DNA of 64,000 nt, from positions 88,213,568-88,277,567 of the forward strand of contig NC_068984.1 of the NCBI RefSeq assembly GCF_001194135.2, written 5' to 3'. Under the pieces are notes generated by a model, which saw only the letters and a program-made list of their open reading frames with translations, ran no database searches and had not been told where the DNA came from. Shown here one piece after another: positions 52,981 to 64,000 of this stretch. Numbering within the stretch: position 1 is the first letter of the stretch; each line of letters starts with the position of its first letter. This DNA comes from Octopus bimaculoides (Eukaryota). The translations under genes and the position numbers were made by a program.

Positions 52981-53666
52981 CTGAATTCTAGATCCAAAAT
53001 TTTCAGTAGTTGTAAGCAAATGGCTAAGTTCCTGTTGATGAATTGGAAAGTGCTGTCCTTTCTGGACTGAACAACTAGACTCTAAGCTGCTGTCTTTTCA
53101 GACTTATAGTTTACAGTCGAAGGGGAGAGTACTCTGATCCCCCTCTCTTTTGTTTCTTTGTTTTCCAGTTTTTCAACCTTCCACCTTCTTTCTCAATGTT
53201 TCTCTTATCCTATTGTCCCATTTTTAGTTGTTATGTCATATGGACAGTGCTTGAAGGTTGTGCTAGGACACCAGATGTTAAAAAATACTGTCTAGCATGT
53301 TCTCATCACATGAAACTAATAGTAGCACATAAAAACATTGTGTTTATTAAATAATATTTATCTCTTACCAGGTAGAGTACTTTTTTTGTTGATCTTACTA
53401 TCACAAAACAGTACACCATACACATACATATAAAATGTTATATATATATATATAACATTTTTCCATTTTCTTCATTAAAATATATAATACCATACATTAC
53501 TGCTGTGTTAACTAGGCTTCCTATTGAAAGGTTACTGGCATATGTAATCTAAAGTACTTCGGTTAAGTCTTGTTTTGTGATTTGGACAATCAGTGTTGTG
53601 ATGTTGCTTTTGTGCAGTAGTTAGTATGAGTATATAGATGTGCATATATATCTATCTATACATATA

Positions 53667-53976
53667 TGTATAAAAGATCGTGGGTAAGGCCAAAACAATG
53701 CGAAGTAAATCACAAGAAAACTAATATGTGAATTAAAGTAGACTTACTTTGTATACAGTATTTCGGGGTTATGACCCCCATTTTCAAAAAATTGATGAAT
53801 GTTGCCAATGTGTGTGTGTGTGAGCGCTCATGCACATCAGCAACATTCGTCAATTTCTTGAAAATGGGGTCATAACCCCAAAATATTGAATACATGGTAA
53901 GTCTACATTAATTCACATATTTGTTTCTTGTGATTTACTTCGCATTGTTTTGGCCTTACTCACAATCTTTTATACA
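53667..53976. mobile_element. Foldback MITE with ~130-bp inverted arms around a (TG)n spacer
   Basis: 53667-~53797 (TGTATAAAAGATCGTGGGTAAGGCCAAAACAATGCGAAGTAAATCACAAG...) pairs with ~53841-53976. Confidence 0.85.
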
Positions 53977-54411
53977 ATATATTCTACACAATGCTTCACA
54001 GTAATTATTCCATATATATATATATATATTACTCACACACATGGATATGTATGCATATGTATATTAAATTCCATAAATTTGTGAAGTACAAGATTTTTTA
54101 GAGACTTTATATGCAATTCTGATGAACAGAAACATTTTCTTCATTGAAGGGACCCATTCAAAAAGTTACATTTCTTCCTCAATGTGTAAAATATTTTCTC
54201 TATTTTAATTTTCTGCATTACTTTTCACTGATGCAGAATTTCACTAGTTTCTTTCAATTCTACTGCTTCACTATTTATTCTTAAAGTAAGAATTATTTTT
54301 CTGTATTGTTTTGTTCTCGATTATATGTATATAAATATTCATTTTAAGAATTTTTTTAAAGAAACATTTTAAGAGTTCTTTTGTGATGTCCTTTTTTTTT
54401 TTTTTTTCCAG

Positions 54412-55496
54412 AACTTGATAAAATTAGGCTGCAGAGGCAAGTGTTTTCTATGAAACTGCAAAATCGAGACTTTCGAGACATGATATTCTTGCATTACTGT
54501 GAAGGAAAAACTATTGCTGAATCCCAAGAGGTACTTCATGAAGTATTTCAAGACCAAAGCCCCCCATATTGTACTGTTCAATTTTGGTTTAAAGAATTTG
54601 AACAAACTAATGAATGTGCGGATAGTGAAATTCTTAACACAACTGTCACCCCTCAAAACATTGAAGCAGTTAAAATGTTATTAAAAGAAGATTCTAGAGT
54701 GACTTATAAAGAGTTAGAAAGTGTATTGAATATTGGATCAGAAAGTGTTCGGTCAATCCTTCATGATTATTTATATGTTCGCAAACTAAATATGTGCTGG
54801 GTTCCTCAAATCTTAAGTGAAGAGCAGAAGTTGGCCAGAATGGAATGGTGTGAGTTTATGCTAAAAAAGTTTCAAAATGGAGCACATCAGAAAATTGAAA
54901 ATATTGTTCTTGGAGTTGAATCCCAACTTTATCAATATACTGAATCTAAAAAGCCATCTACAGTATGGACTTTCCTCGATGAAGATTACTATCTTAAATG
55001 GAAACATCCACCAAATATACAAAAAAAAACAATTGTAAATTTTTTTAGTAAATCTGGCAACCTTGCTACTATTTTACTCAAAGACAAATCCAAAGTTAAT
55101 CCTAGTTGGTATTTAACAAAATGTTTACCTGAATTATTTGAAAAGATCAAAGAAGTAAGAAAAGATTCTGGACTCCAAGGTATTCTTCTCCATCATAGTA
55201 ATATAAATGTTCTTACTGCTGCAGTGACTATGGACTGTCTTGCTGAGAATAGCATTCAATTAATTACACATCCTGCTCACAGTCCTGATTTATCTCCTTG
55301 GGATTATTTTGTATATCCTAAAGTGAAAAAAGATCTTATTGGAATTAAATTTAACAAGCCTGGAGATGCTCTTGGTGCATTTATTCAAGCTACTACATTG
55401 CTAACCCCTCAAGATTGGATTGAATGTTTTGAAAGCTGGTTTAAACATATGGAATTATGTGTGGAATCTCAAGGGAACTATTTCAAAGTAACTTGA
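54412..55496 (+). CDS. Terminal exon: catalytically degenerate mariner (DD34D) transposase-derived protein, probably domesticated
   Basis: Uninterrupted ORF with two HTH-like regions, WVPQIL (WVPHxL), HSPDLSPWDY (YSPDLAPxDY) and a C-terminal CVESQGNYF. Catalytic positions are V159, S253 and D288 (34-aa spacing). A poly(T)-CCAG| acceptor lies at 54411, the frame is open from it, and no TIRs are visible. Confidence 0.85.
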
Positions 55497-58400
55497 TTAT
55501 ATGATATTTTTTTTTATATGCAGAATGAAACTAAACATAAATATGTTTAAAAAAAGAAAAGAAGTTGTTTTTTTCAAATTACCTTCTTACCAAATTATTA
55601 GATTTTGTTTATGTAAAAAAAAAATTTTTCTAAATGTATTGTAATTGTTAGATTAGTTCATGAATGTCTTTATAATGACTTTTTCTGTGATAGTATGTTT
55701 TTTTTATAATAGAAATATATTTTTCAGTTGAAGAAGAAAACCTCACTAATTATATATACTAAATATAATATTAACACTTGAAAATCTGAAAAATATTGAA
55801 TCGTAGGAAAATGTTCAAAGAAGTTTTAAGTTTAAAAAGAAACCCACCAACTTTGAATCAAATCTTCAATCTCAGTGAATATTCAGAGGTTTATACTGAG
55901 TAAAGGAGCTTGTCGGTTATTATGAAGGCAGCTGTTTTCTAGCTACTTGATCTACTAGAAAAAAGCAGCCAAATTTCCATCAAACTGCATAATATACCTT
56001 CTTAAAAGCAAAAAATGCATTAGATACACACTACATCTGAAGTAAAAAAAAGATGGGATGGTCACAACTAGAATGCTTTTGATCACAGATCTATTTGCTC
56101 ATTTTGGGCTGACCTGAGCTAAACAACCACAACAATATCATTGTAAAAATATTGGCTATATTATTTATATTATCTAAAGCTGTCTTTTAAATTTCATCAG
56201 TTACCTTCATTCAGATATATGTGAAACAGATTCAGGATTTCACGCATTGAAAGAATTGCTTGTGAAACAAAAACTTGCTTACTGTTTACTGCATTAGATG
56301 GTGTTTGACTCAAGACAGCTTGCAGGATGCTTTTGTAATGTTTCAGGTTTTCTAGTTTACAAAAGTAGAAATAAGAACCCTGTTCTCAGTGTTTTGTTTT
56401 GCTTTTTAATTATTTATTTTGATTTTTTTTTCTTTTCATGTTGCATGGGTTAAATGGGTTTGCAATATATTTTTCTATTTGTCTCATTTCTGTAAGGCTC
56501 CCCAGGTGTAGCCTAACTAATTCTCAAGTCTTCCTTGGTTTGATTCCAAAATAAATATTCTCCACCATCACTTCACTGCGCTTTCACTCAGCAAGCATCA
56601 GTCATTTACATTAGTATTGACCTATGCTTTGATATGCAGTTACTTTCTCACTTCATATTTTTTGTACTTCCACTAGATTACAATCAATCATTTTTCTCTA
56701 GTCACTGTAGTTTCTCTGCTTTCACTGCTATACATCTTTTACACAAGCTTGATATAGCCTTGCTCTCATACAGTGGGTGGAAATCCTTTATTACCAACAG
56801 ACATGCCTTCTCTAATCTCCCTACTTCCAAATCCCAATCACTATGCTGCCATTGACTCTACATGTAGCTCTAATTATATCATCTAGTTAGCAGAACTTAT
56901 CTATAACTTCCAACAAACAATTTAAACTATTCATAGTCCACAGTGCATCATAGCTGCTCATACTGTCATTTTCTTTATGTTCTTTTCACTTACACTATTA
57001 ATTTTATGATGTCAATCTCTGCACAAATCTCACTACACTTCCTGAATACACAGTATTGTGCTCCTGTACATTTTCTGAATGTCAAAAAATGTTACACTCT
57101 TGATTTTGATTGGAATTTTGTGATCAAGAATTAATTTGTTGCCTGTCAGTCCTTTTAACTCTAGCCTGAGATAGAGTTGATTGCAAAACCTTCATGCTCA
57201 AAAGTAAATTACTACTGTGACACAAACATATTTTGAAAGTTTCAGTAATTTTTACGGAAGGTCTTAAGTTCTCCTTTTATGTCATAAATTGCTCAACTGA
57301 TCTCTGCTGCAGACCATATTCCATGCTGACACTTGCATGCCACTTTCTTTTCTTTGTCTCTGGGAACAAATTTTTTTTCTCATCCTAATCAGGATTCCTC
57401 ACAATACAGACCTAAACATATCACTCATTTTAGCTTCATCTTTTGCAGTGTCCAACTGAGTAATTTTCTGTTCATTCAGCTGTCTTTCTTTATATAAGTA
57501 GTTGTGCTTATCTTGTTTTTAGTTTGAACTCATCTAGCATTATTTTGATTTGAGGCACATTCCTTTCCAGAAAAGAAAAAGAAAAAAAAATTAGTTCATA
57601 ATTGTTAAACCCTTAATCAGAAGAATATTAATCAAGATCTCATTCTCACCTAATTGGTGAAAAACCTGTTTTTTGGCTTGCTCTCAGAGGTTTGTATTAT
57701 AGATACTGAATTGATTTTCTTCACAGAACTCCAGAAACCTTATGATGCTTAGAATATTGATTGGCAATACAACAGGCACCATGATACTCACTAAATATAT
57801 GTAGGATTAACAAACAGTAGAATTGATTTTATGAGGCTCTAATGAAAGCTAAGCTGTCAAAATAGGACCATCATAATCCCAGCTGAAGATTTCAGTGGTT
57901 GTAGCAAAAAATAACAATAGATATTCAAGTATTGGTTGATGATTGAAAGCTGCTGAATAAATTTATACATTTTAAAGATAATCTGTAAAAAATTTCATAT
58001 ATCATGTAAAACTTGATTCATACTTTTTTTATTTTAAAGATTTCTAAGATGCTGCTAAATTTTGAAGCAAAGTCAGTTTTTCAGCTTAAAAAAATACATA
58101 TCTGTTAATATATATTCAACAAAACATATAGCTTAATTTTTTTTTTACATATACATCACAGATCATGTCTTCTCTAAATATTTGCTATGATAGTTTTTTT
58201 TAAAATTTACTCCATGCATCTTCTGGTCATCCTTCACCATAATTTAAGAAAATGTTTTGAATCATTCTTGCTTGCAGACAGTGTAAGTATAGCAATTAAC
58301 TGTGAATGGAGCAAATGTGCTTCATTGTTGTAATTGTATCACTCATTATAAAAATCATACTTATTTCATTGGAAGAGATGTTAACCTGGTTCTTGTTTTA

Positions 58401-59869
58401 ACTGTTTAGGGCAATATTCAATGTAAATCAGAAAATAAAAACTTACAAATTCCTTAATGTGCTGTTGATATATTTTGTTCTAAATGCCAGCATAAACTTT
58501 TGAGAAAGTTTTTATTCTACTTCATTATTTAAATGACCCTTTTGTTTCTTTTTGACTGTGAAATCTTTCCCTAAGGAATCTGTTGTCTCCCACTAATCAG
58601 GTTTACCAAGCCAACAAAGAGTGCAACACTCAGTCACTCAGCATGTTAAAACGTAGCAATCAAATCTCCCTCAAATCACATCCTATCATCTTCAATGGCT
58701 CAACAGGAAAATAAAAAGAACTGCTACAAATATTATTTGCTTTAGTTCATAGTAAGAGCAAAATATCAAGATCGAATCAGTTGTCTATTAGTGAAGCAGC
58801 TGTTGAATTATCTTAAGTAAATTGTAAATTTTTTTTTTTAATTAGTCTCTTGAATAAACTTCCAATGTAACCAGTTTTACTGACTCTAGAATGCGAATGT
58901 CATACTCGTTATGATGGGACAAATATAAGTTGACTACACTGTATGCAAGCCAGACAACTTCTGCCAGCAAGCTGTCTTGTTCTTATGCTATATTATTTCT
59001 AACAAAATGAGTCTCAATAAACTGAAAAATCATTATTGAGGTTTTTGAAGTTAGCATGTCTTTGAAACTCATTCATTAACTTGAAAATTTTGATTAGTTT
59101 TCAATATTAATATGAAACATTTTGCAGGGACTTTAAAGTAGGGAAATGTATATTACCATTTAATAGTTGATAGTCAAAAAGGTTAAGTTCTATCACAAAG
59201 GTGCAAGTAAAGTCATATAAATTTATTTCTAATATATTGTCCTTGAGGCTATGTATTCAAGTAATTGAAATGCTCTAACTACTATGCAAGCTAGACCTTG
59301 AACTGTTTGACTATTTTTCAGTTTCTAGCATATCCCTTCTTTTCTGTTGCAGAAATATCTGTTTCACATGACAATTCATAAAATCACTTTGGTATAACTC
59401 CCCAACTTAACTAACAAACTTCATTATGTTATGGCAGTCCAGTCTACGTTGTGACTTTACTTGTAAAAACAGCTGAACTCTGTGGTTCAGACTTCAGACT
59501 TTATAACATCCATGGCATTACACTTCAGTATTTTACTGCACAACTTCTATACTCCAAATGATGGAATGGACATAATGAAATTGATGGTTTAACTTCACAG
59601 CTAGCAGTTATTCTTTTAATTTTGTGGCCAAATTTTCTATCAATCATTTGCAGTGTTCCAACTGTATGAGACTCATACTTTGCATACCCCTGCCAAACTA
59701 ATAAAATCCCTTCTTGATATTCCTTCATTAGTACCAGTTCTACAAATTCACATGATACATGCATATTTTTATCCATACCATGTATGTAGTCATCATTTGC
59801 AATGGAAAATGTTAAGAAATATCTTTGAGTTGCCTATTAAGATTCTTCCATAAGTCAGCAACTCTTTCT

Positions 59870-60376
59870 TTAACTGTTTCTTGAGACACAAGAGGTTTGG
59901 TATTTTTTCTTTTTTTTTTGTTTTGTTTTAGCAAAATCTTTTGCACCTATCAACCTACATTTCTTTATAGTTAACCTGCCTTTGATGTTGCTGCACCTCT
60001 TATGTGTCCATAGCTTGCACCGGGTACATCTTATAGAGTTACTACCTACTCCTTTTCTACATACTGAGCAGGGCCATCTACCTGAAGGGGTTTGTGTTTT
60101 ATCTACCTTCCTACTTATTAGGATTTTGGTTTTAGCTAGGTTGACTCTAAGGCCCTTCAATTCTAGACCTTGCTTCCACACCTGAAACTTCTCCTCTAGT
60201 TCTGATAGTGACTCCGCAATTAGGGCAAGGTCATCAGCATAGAGGAGCTCCCAGGGGCAACCTGTCTTGAACTCCTCTGTGATTGCCTGGAGGACTATGG
60301 TAAATAAGAGGGGGCTGAGGACGGAACCTTGGTGGACCCCTACCTCTAATATATTTGAAGCTTTAACCAGTCTCAC
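59870..60376 (-). mobile_element. RTE-clade LINE RT fragment
   Basis: VGVHQGSVLSPLLF...WELLYADDLAL...GLRVNLAKTKIL and downstream WPCSVCRKGV.SNSI.C..C..W.HKRC. Confidence 0.9.
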
Positions 60377-60549
60377 AGTTTACAGTGATTTTCAAAAAGT
60401 TCAAATAGAAATATGTGGCTTAAGTCGCAACTGTCTTGCTTCTGACTAGTGTTTAAAGTTTATCCTGTTTTTATAGGGAGTTCACAGCTCAAATTAGTAT
60501 ATGTTTTGAATAGGATTTGATTAGTCGAGGATAATCACATGACTGGTCT

Positions 60550-62271
60550 TAGATATTTTCATTATTGATAGATGAGAGTACGGACATCTCAGTGACATAA
60601 ACCTTAGCAATAGTTGTTTGCTTTTTTGATGAATCGCTTAATGTCAACGATGCTCTTCCGGATACAATTGTAGTAGAAAATGATTTGTCTCAGGGTTTGT
60701 ACGATGCTGTTAAGTCTACGCTTACAGAAGAAGCTGCATCTATGAGCAACATACTTGGATTTGCCAGCGACAATTGCTCAACAACGATGGATAACAAGAG
60801 CGGGTTTCAAAAGTTATTGAGAAACGATATTCCAACGGTATTTACAATAGGCTGTGCCATTCGTTTGCACTTTGTTCAAATCATGCTGTGAAGGTGTTAC
60901 CTTCGTATCTCCAGTCCTTTTTAAAGAACTTAACTTCTTACTTTTCTCGAAGTAGCAAACGTCAAAATGACTTCAATAGTGTTGTTGGTACAAAAGAAAA
61001 CAAGATTCCAAAGCTTTCGAAAACTAGATGGTTGTCGCGTGAAAATGTAATTAACGTTCTACTAGAACATTTGGATGCCCTTGTACTTTATTTTCAGTCA
61101 GAGGCTAAAGTAGAAAAAATGGACGGAGCAAAAAGGGTATATGAAACAATGATTAACAAAGGGACAAAGCACGTGCTGCTCTTCTTACATTATGCTCTTA
61201 ATGTTGAGTTTCATTTGGAACACTTTCGACTGCATCTGTTGCATAAATTCGTATCCAGTGAATATAAAAGTATCCTTTCTTGCTTTATAAAAGAGGATGT
61301 TTTAGCTGTATCTAAATTATCAGATATTGATCTTAATAACATAACAAATCAAAAAGATATAAATGATATTTACCTCGGTGGACGCGCAATGAGATATCTA
61401 GAACAAAACCCAATCGTTGGTGACTCAGCTAGATTCAAAACAAATTGCAAAACTTTTTTAATAGAATTATGTTCTCAAATAAAAATGCGCTTTCCTCTCG
61501 ATGAAGCTGGAGTGTTTGCTCTCTTAGAAACACTTGAACCAAAAGTAGCGCACGATCTTACTAACTCTCCTCAGTCGATAATCCCCTTGGCATCAAACGT
61601 TCCAGCAATTGCATCAGGAAACACACTTGATGAACTAGACGATGAGTGGAGATTATTTCGGCAACATAAAGATATTCCTGTTTCCTCAAAAAGCATCCCT
61701 GAATTCTGGTATTCCATGCGCAATCTTAAAGACGGGCTTGACCACTCTAAATTTGAGAGGCTGTCACAATTCATGACTAATTTAACGGTGTTACATCATT
61801 CACCAGCATGGGTGCAGCGCATATTTTCCCAAGTAAATTGCACAAAGACAAAGTTCACTGATAGGTCGAAGGCCAAATCGATCACCGATTGTCTACTCGC
61901 TAAACAAGCAATTACAAAAAAGGTAGCATCATGCATTTCTTGGGAGCCGAACGCTAAACTTATTAAAGATGTAGTGGATGGGTTTTGTCATCATAGATAT
62001 ACGAGTGGATTGAGCCTCAAAAAGGAAGAAAATGAGTCTATCGCCATTGAAGGAGTGGATGAAGATGATGTGAATATGTATAAAATTGACAATTAGCTGC
62101 CATATGATATAAAGTAAGTATTAAATTCTATATTCATTTTGACATATAACATATTTTATCATTAAATTACCAATTATATACCTTTCTTTTAATATCTGGG
62201 TTTATAAAATAGGATCTGGGGTTTTTTGCAGCAAATAATCTGGGTGTTTTATTTGATGACTGGCAACCTTA
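60550..62271 (+). mobile_element. Decayed hAT transposon (transposase C-terminal two-thirds plus right end)
   Basis: FSLLIDESTDISVT* (first D), GFASDNC (second D), frameshift at the CxxH, KLSKTRWLS, and a dimerisation domain with VQRIFS (E>Q). Three subterminal ATCTGGG repeats and a TIR-like TGGCAACCTTA at 62261-62271. Confidence 0.85.
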
Positions 62272-62899
62272 TATATATATATATTTAATCTATAAAAGGC
62301 AGATTTTTCTGTGTATGTTGAAAATTTGTACATTTACACAATTCCAAATTTCTTGAATGAAAGAATCAGATGAAAATATGAATAAAAATAAAAATGATAA
62401 AATAATGATATAAGTAGGAGGAAAGATATAGAAACTCCATACAATGCAGGAATAATAATAATGATAACAGTAATAATAATAATGAATATGTTAAACAAGA
62501 TAATTATAAAAATAGAATTAAGCAAATTGATGGAGAAAATATTATTACACATAAAAATAAAAATATTATTACAAATAATAATAATAATAATAATATAGGT
62601 GATAATAAACGGAAAAATAACACTTGGATAAATAATTATTATAACCTTGTAATAAAGAATAAGAATAACTAGAATAGGAGAAGTAAAAAGAAAAATATGA
62701 GGAGAGTACAAGTAATAAAAAATAGTTAGGACGAAACTCATACCATGTGTGAATAAAAATTATATTGGGACAGAAAACGAATATAGGAATAAGGAAGACT
62801 CAGATAAAACTATATGGACCATAATTCCCTTTTCTAAACAATTAAAGGCCAATTTTGTTAAATCTATTAGGTAGATTATAAATAAAAACTTTAAAAACA

Positions 62900-63565
62900 C
62901 TAGATATGGAAAAAATATTTAATGGCAAATATATAAGATTTGGATCCTCTGTTTCTCCAAACCTATTTAGAATGATATTGTCGATAAATAACAGAGGATT
63001 GGATAAATTCTATGAAAAAGAAACAAAAAGGTAGAAGAAAATAGTAAGAATAATATGGTTAACTATAAAAACACTTTTACAGACATAAGGAAATATGAAT
63101 CTACAAGAGAGAATAATATTACAAATTCCTTACAAAATAAAAACTGTAATTGTAGAGACCATGAAAAATGCAAGTTAGACAGGGATTGCAAAAGAAAAAG
63201 CATCGTATACAAGGTGACAATAATTACACAAGATATAAGTAAAATTATCTATATTAGGTTGACCAGGGAACTGGGTTAAATTCAGAATAGCGAATCCTGA
63301 ATTGACACTTAGAGACCAAAATAAAATTAATAGTACAGGATTATCAAGAAAAATATAGCAATTAAAAAGAAATAAAGTTAACTACACAATTAAATGGAAA
63401 ATTTTAGCACACACATCTAGTTACAAAATTAATAAATTCTGCAGATTATGCTTAGAAGAAAATTATAAAATAATGAAAAGAAAAGGAAACCTTATTAATT
63501 TGAGAAATGAAAATGTTTTTTCATGTAAACATATAAATAAGTGTCTATTTATTAAACTTAAGTGA
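62900..63565 (+). mobile_element. Degenerate Penelope-like GIY-YIG region
   Basis: CNCRDHEKCKL..DC...SIVYKV...IYI.LT, then YTIKWKIL...C.LCLEE...LINLRNE...CKH. Frameshifts and stops are present. Confidence 0.75.
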
Positions 63566-63767
63566 TGCATTAATGAGATTTGATGTCACTTAAAAATTAT
63601 AACCCTAGTTTATAACTATAGATAGGACTGAATATATTTAAATTATAGCATTAATTAGGCATTACAACAGAAGAATATTAAGTAAATAAAAGTACTATAA
63701 TGGCTAGATAGCCAGAAAAATGTAATAGGATTTTAACCAACCAAAATTGATAACTATCATCATCATC

Positions 63768-64000
63768 ATCATCATCGTTTAACGTCTGCTTTCCATGCTA
63801 GCATGGGTTGGACGATTTGACTGAGGACTGGTGAAACCGGATGGCAACACCAGGCTCCAGTCTGATTTGGCAGAGTTTCTACAGCTGGATGCCCTTCCTA
63901 ACGCCAACCACTCAGAGAGTGTAGTGGGTGCTTTTACGTGTCACCCGCACGAAAACGGCCACGCTCGAAATGGTGTCTTTTATGTGCCACCCGCACAAGC
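63768..64000 (+). mobile_element. Abundant (CAT)n-headed SINE-like repeat
   Basis: CATCATCGTTTAACGTC.GCTTTCCATGCT...CTACAGCTGGATGCCCTTCCTAAC. Other copies lie at 2730-3040, 38785-38960, 39140-39290 and 48640-48800. Confidence 0.85.

Noticed and set aside
62334-62741. 135-aa Ile-rich ORF
   Set aside because: It derives from (AAT)n low-complexity sequence at the edge of a Penelope remnant.
1-64000. CRISPR arrays, rRNA genes, prokaryotic operons
   Set aside because: None seen. The tandem units lack unique spacers and the sequence is eukaryotic.

Overview
AT-rich, repeat-dense animal genomic DNA from a draft scaffold with 5 N-gaps. The SINE/LINE repertoire resembles octopod cephalopod genomes (inference from recalled repeat families, not from a search). 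Most short ORFs in the track are transposon debris or microsatellite artefacts: RTE, Tx1 and R4/Dong LINEs, Penelope-like elements carrying type I hammerhead ribozyme motifs, Ty3/Gypsy gag and integrase remnants, a decayed hAT transposon, MITEs and tRNA-derived SINEs. Two uninterrupted, protein-like ORFs stand out. (1) A mariner transposase-derived ORF (54441-55496) lacks 2 of 3 catalytic Asp and has no visible TIRs. It sits behind a strong splice acceptor and joins in frame to three small upstream exons (46094-46109, 47411-47460, 49427-49487), giving a predicted 403-aa domesticated chimeric gene. (2) An intronless A/B-type cyclin (34588-35394) lacks the N-terminal destruction-box region and both conserved CDK-contacting residues. 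Weaker evidence suggests two further fragmentary host genes, one on each strand, interleaved across 10-45 kb.
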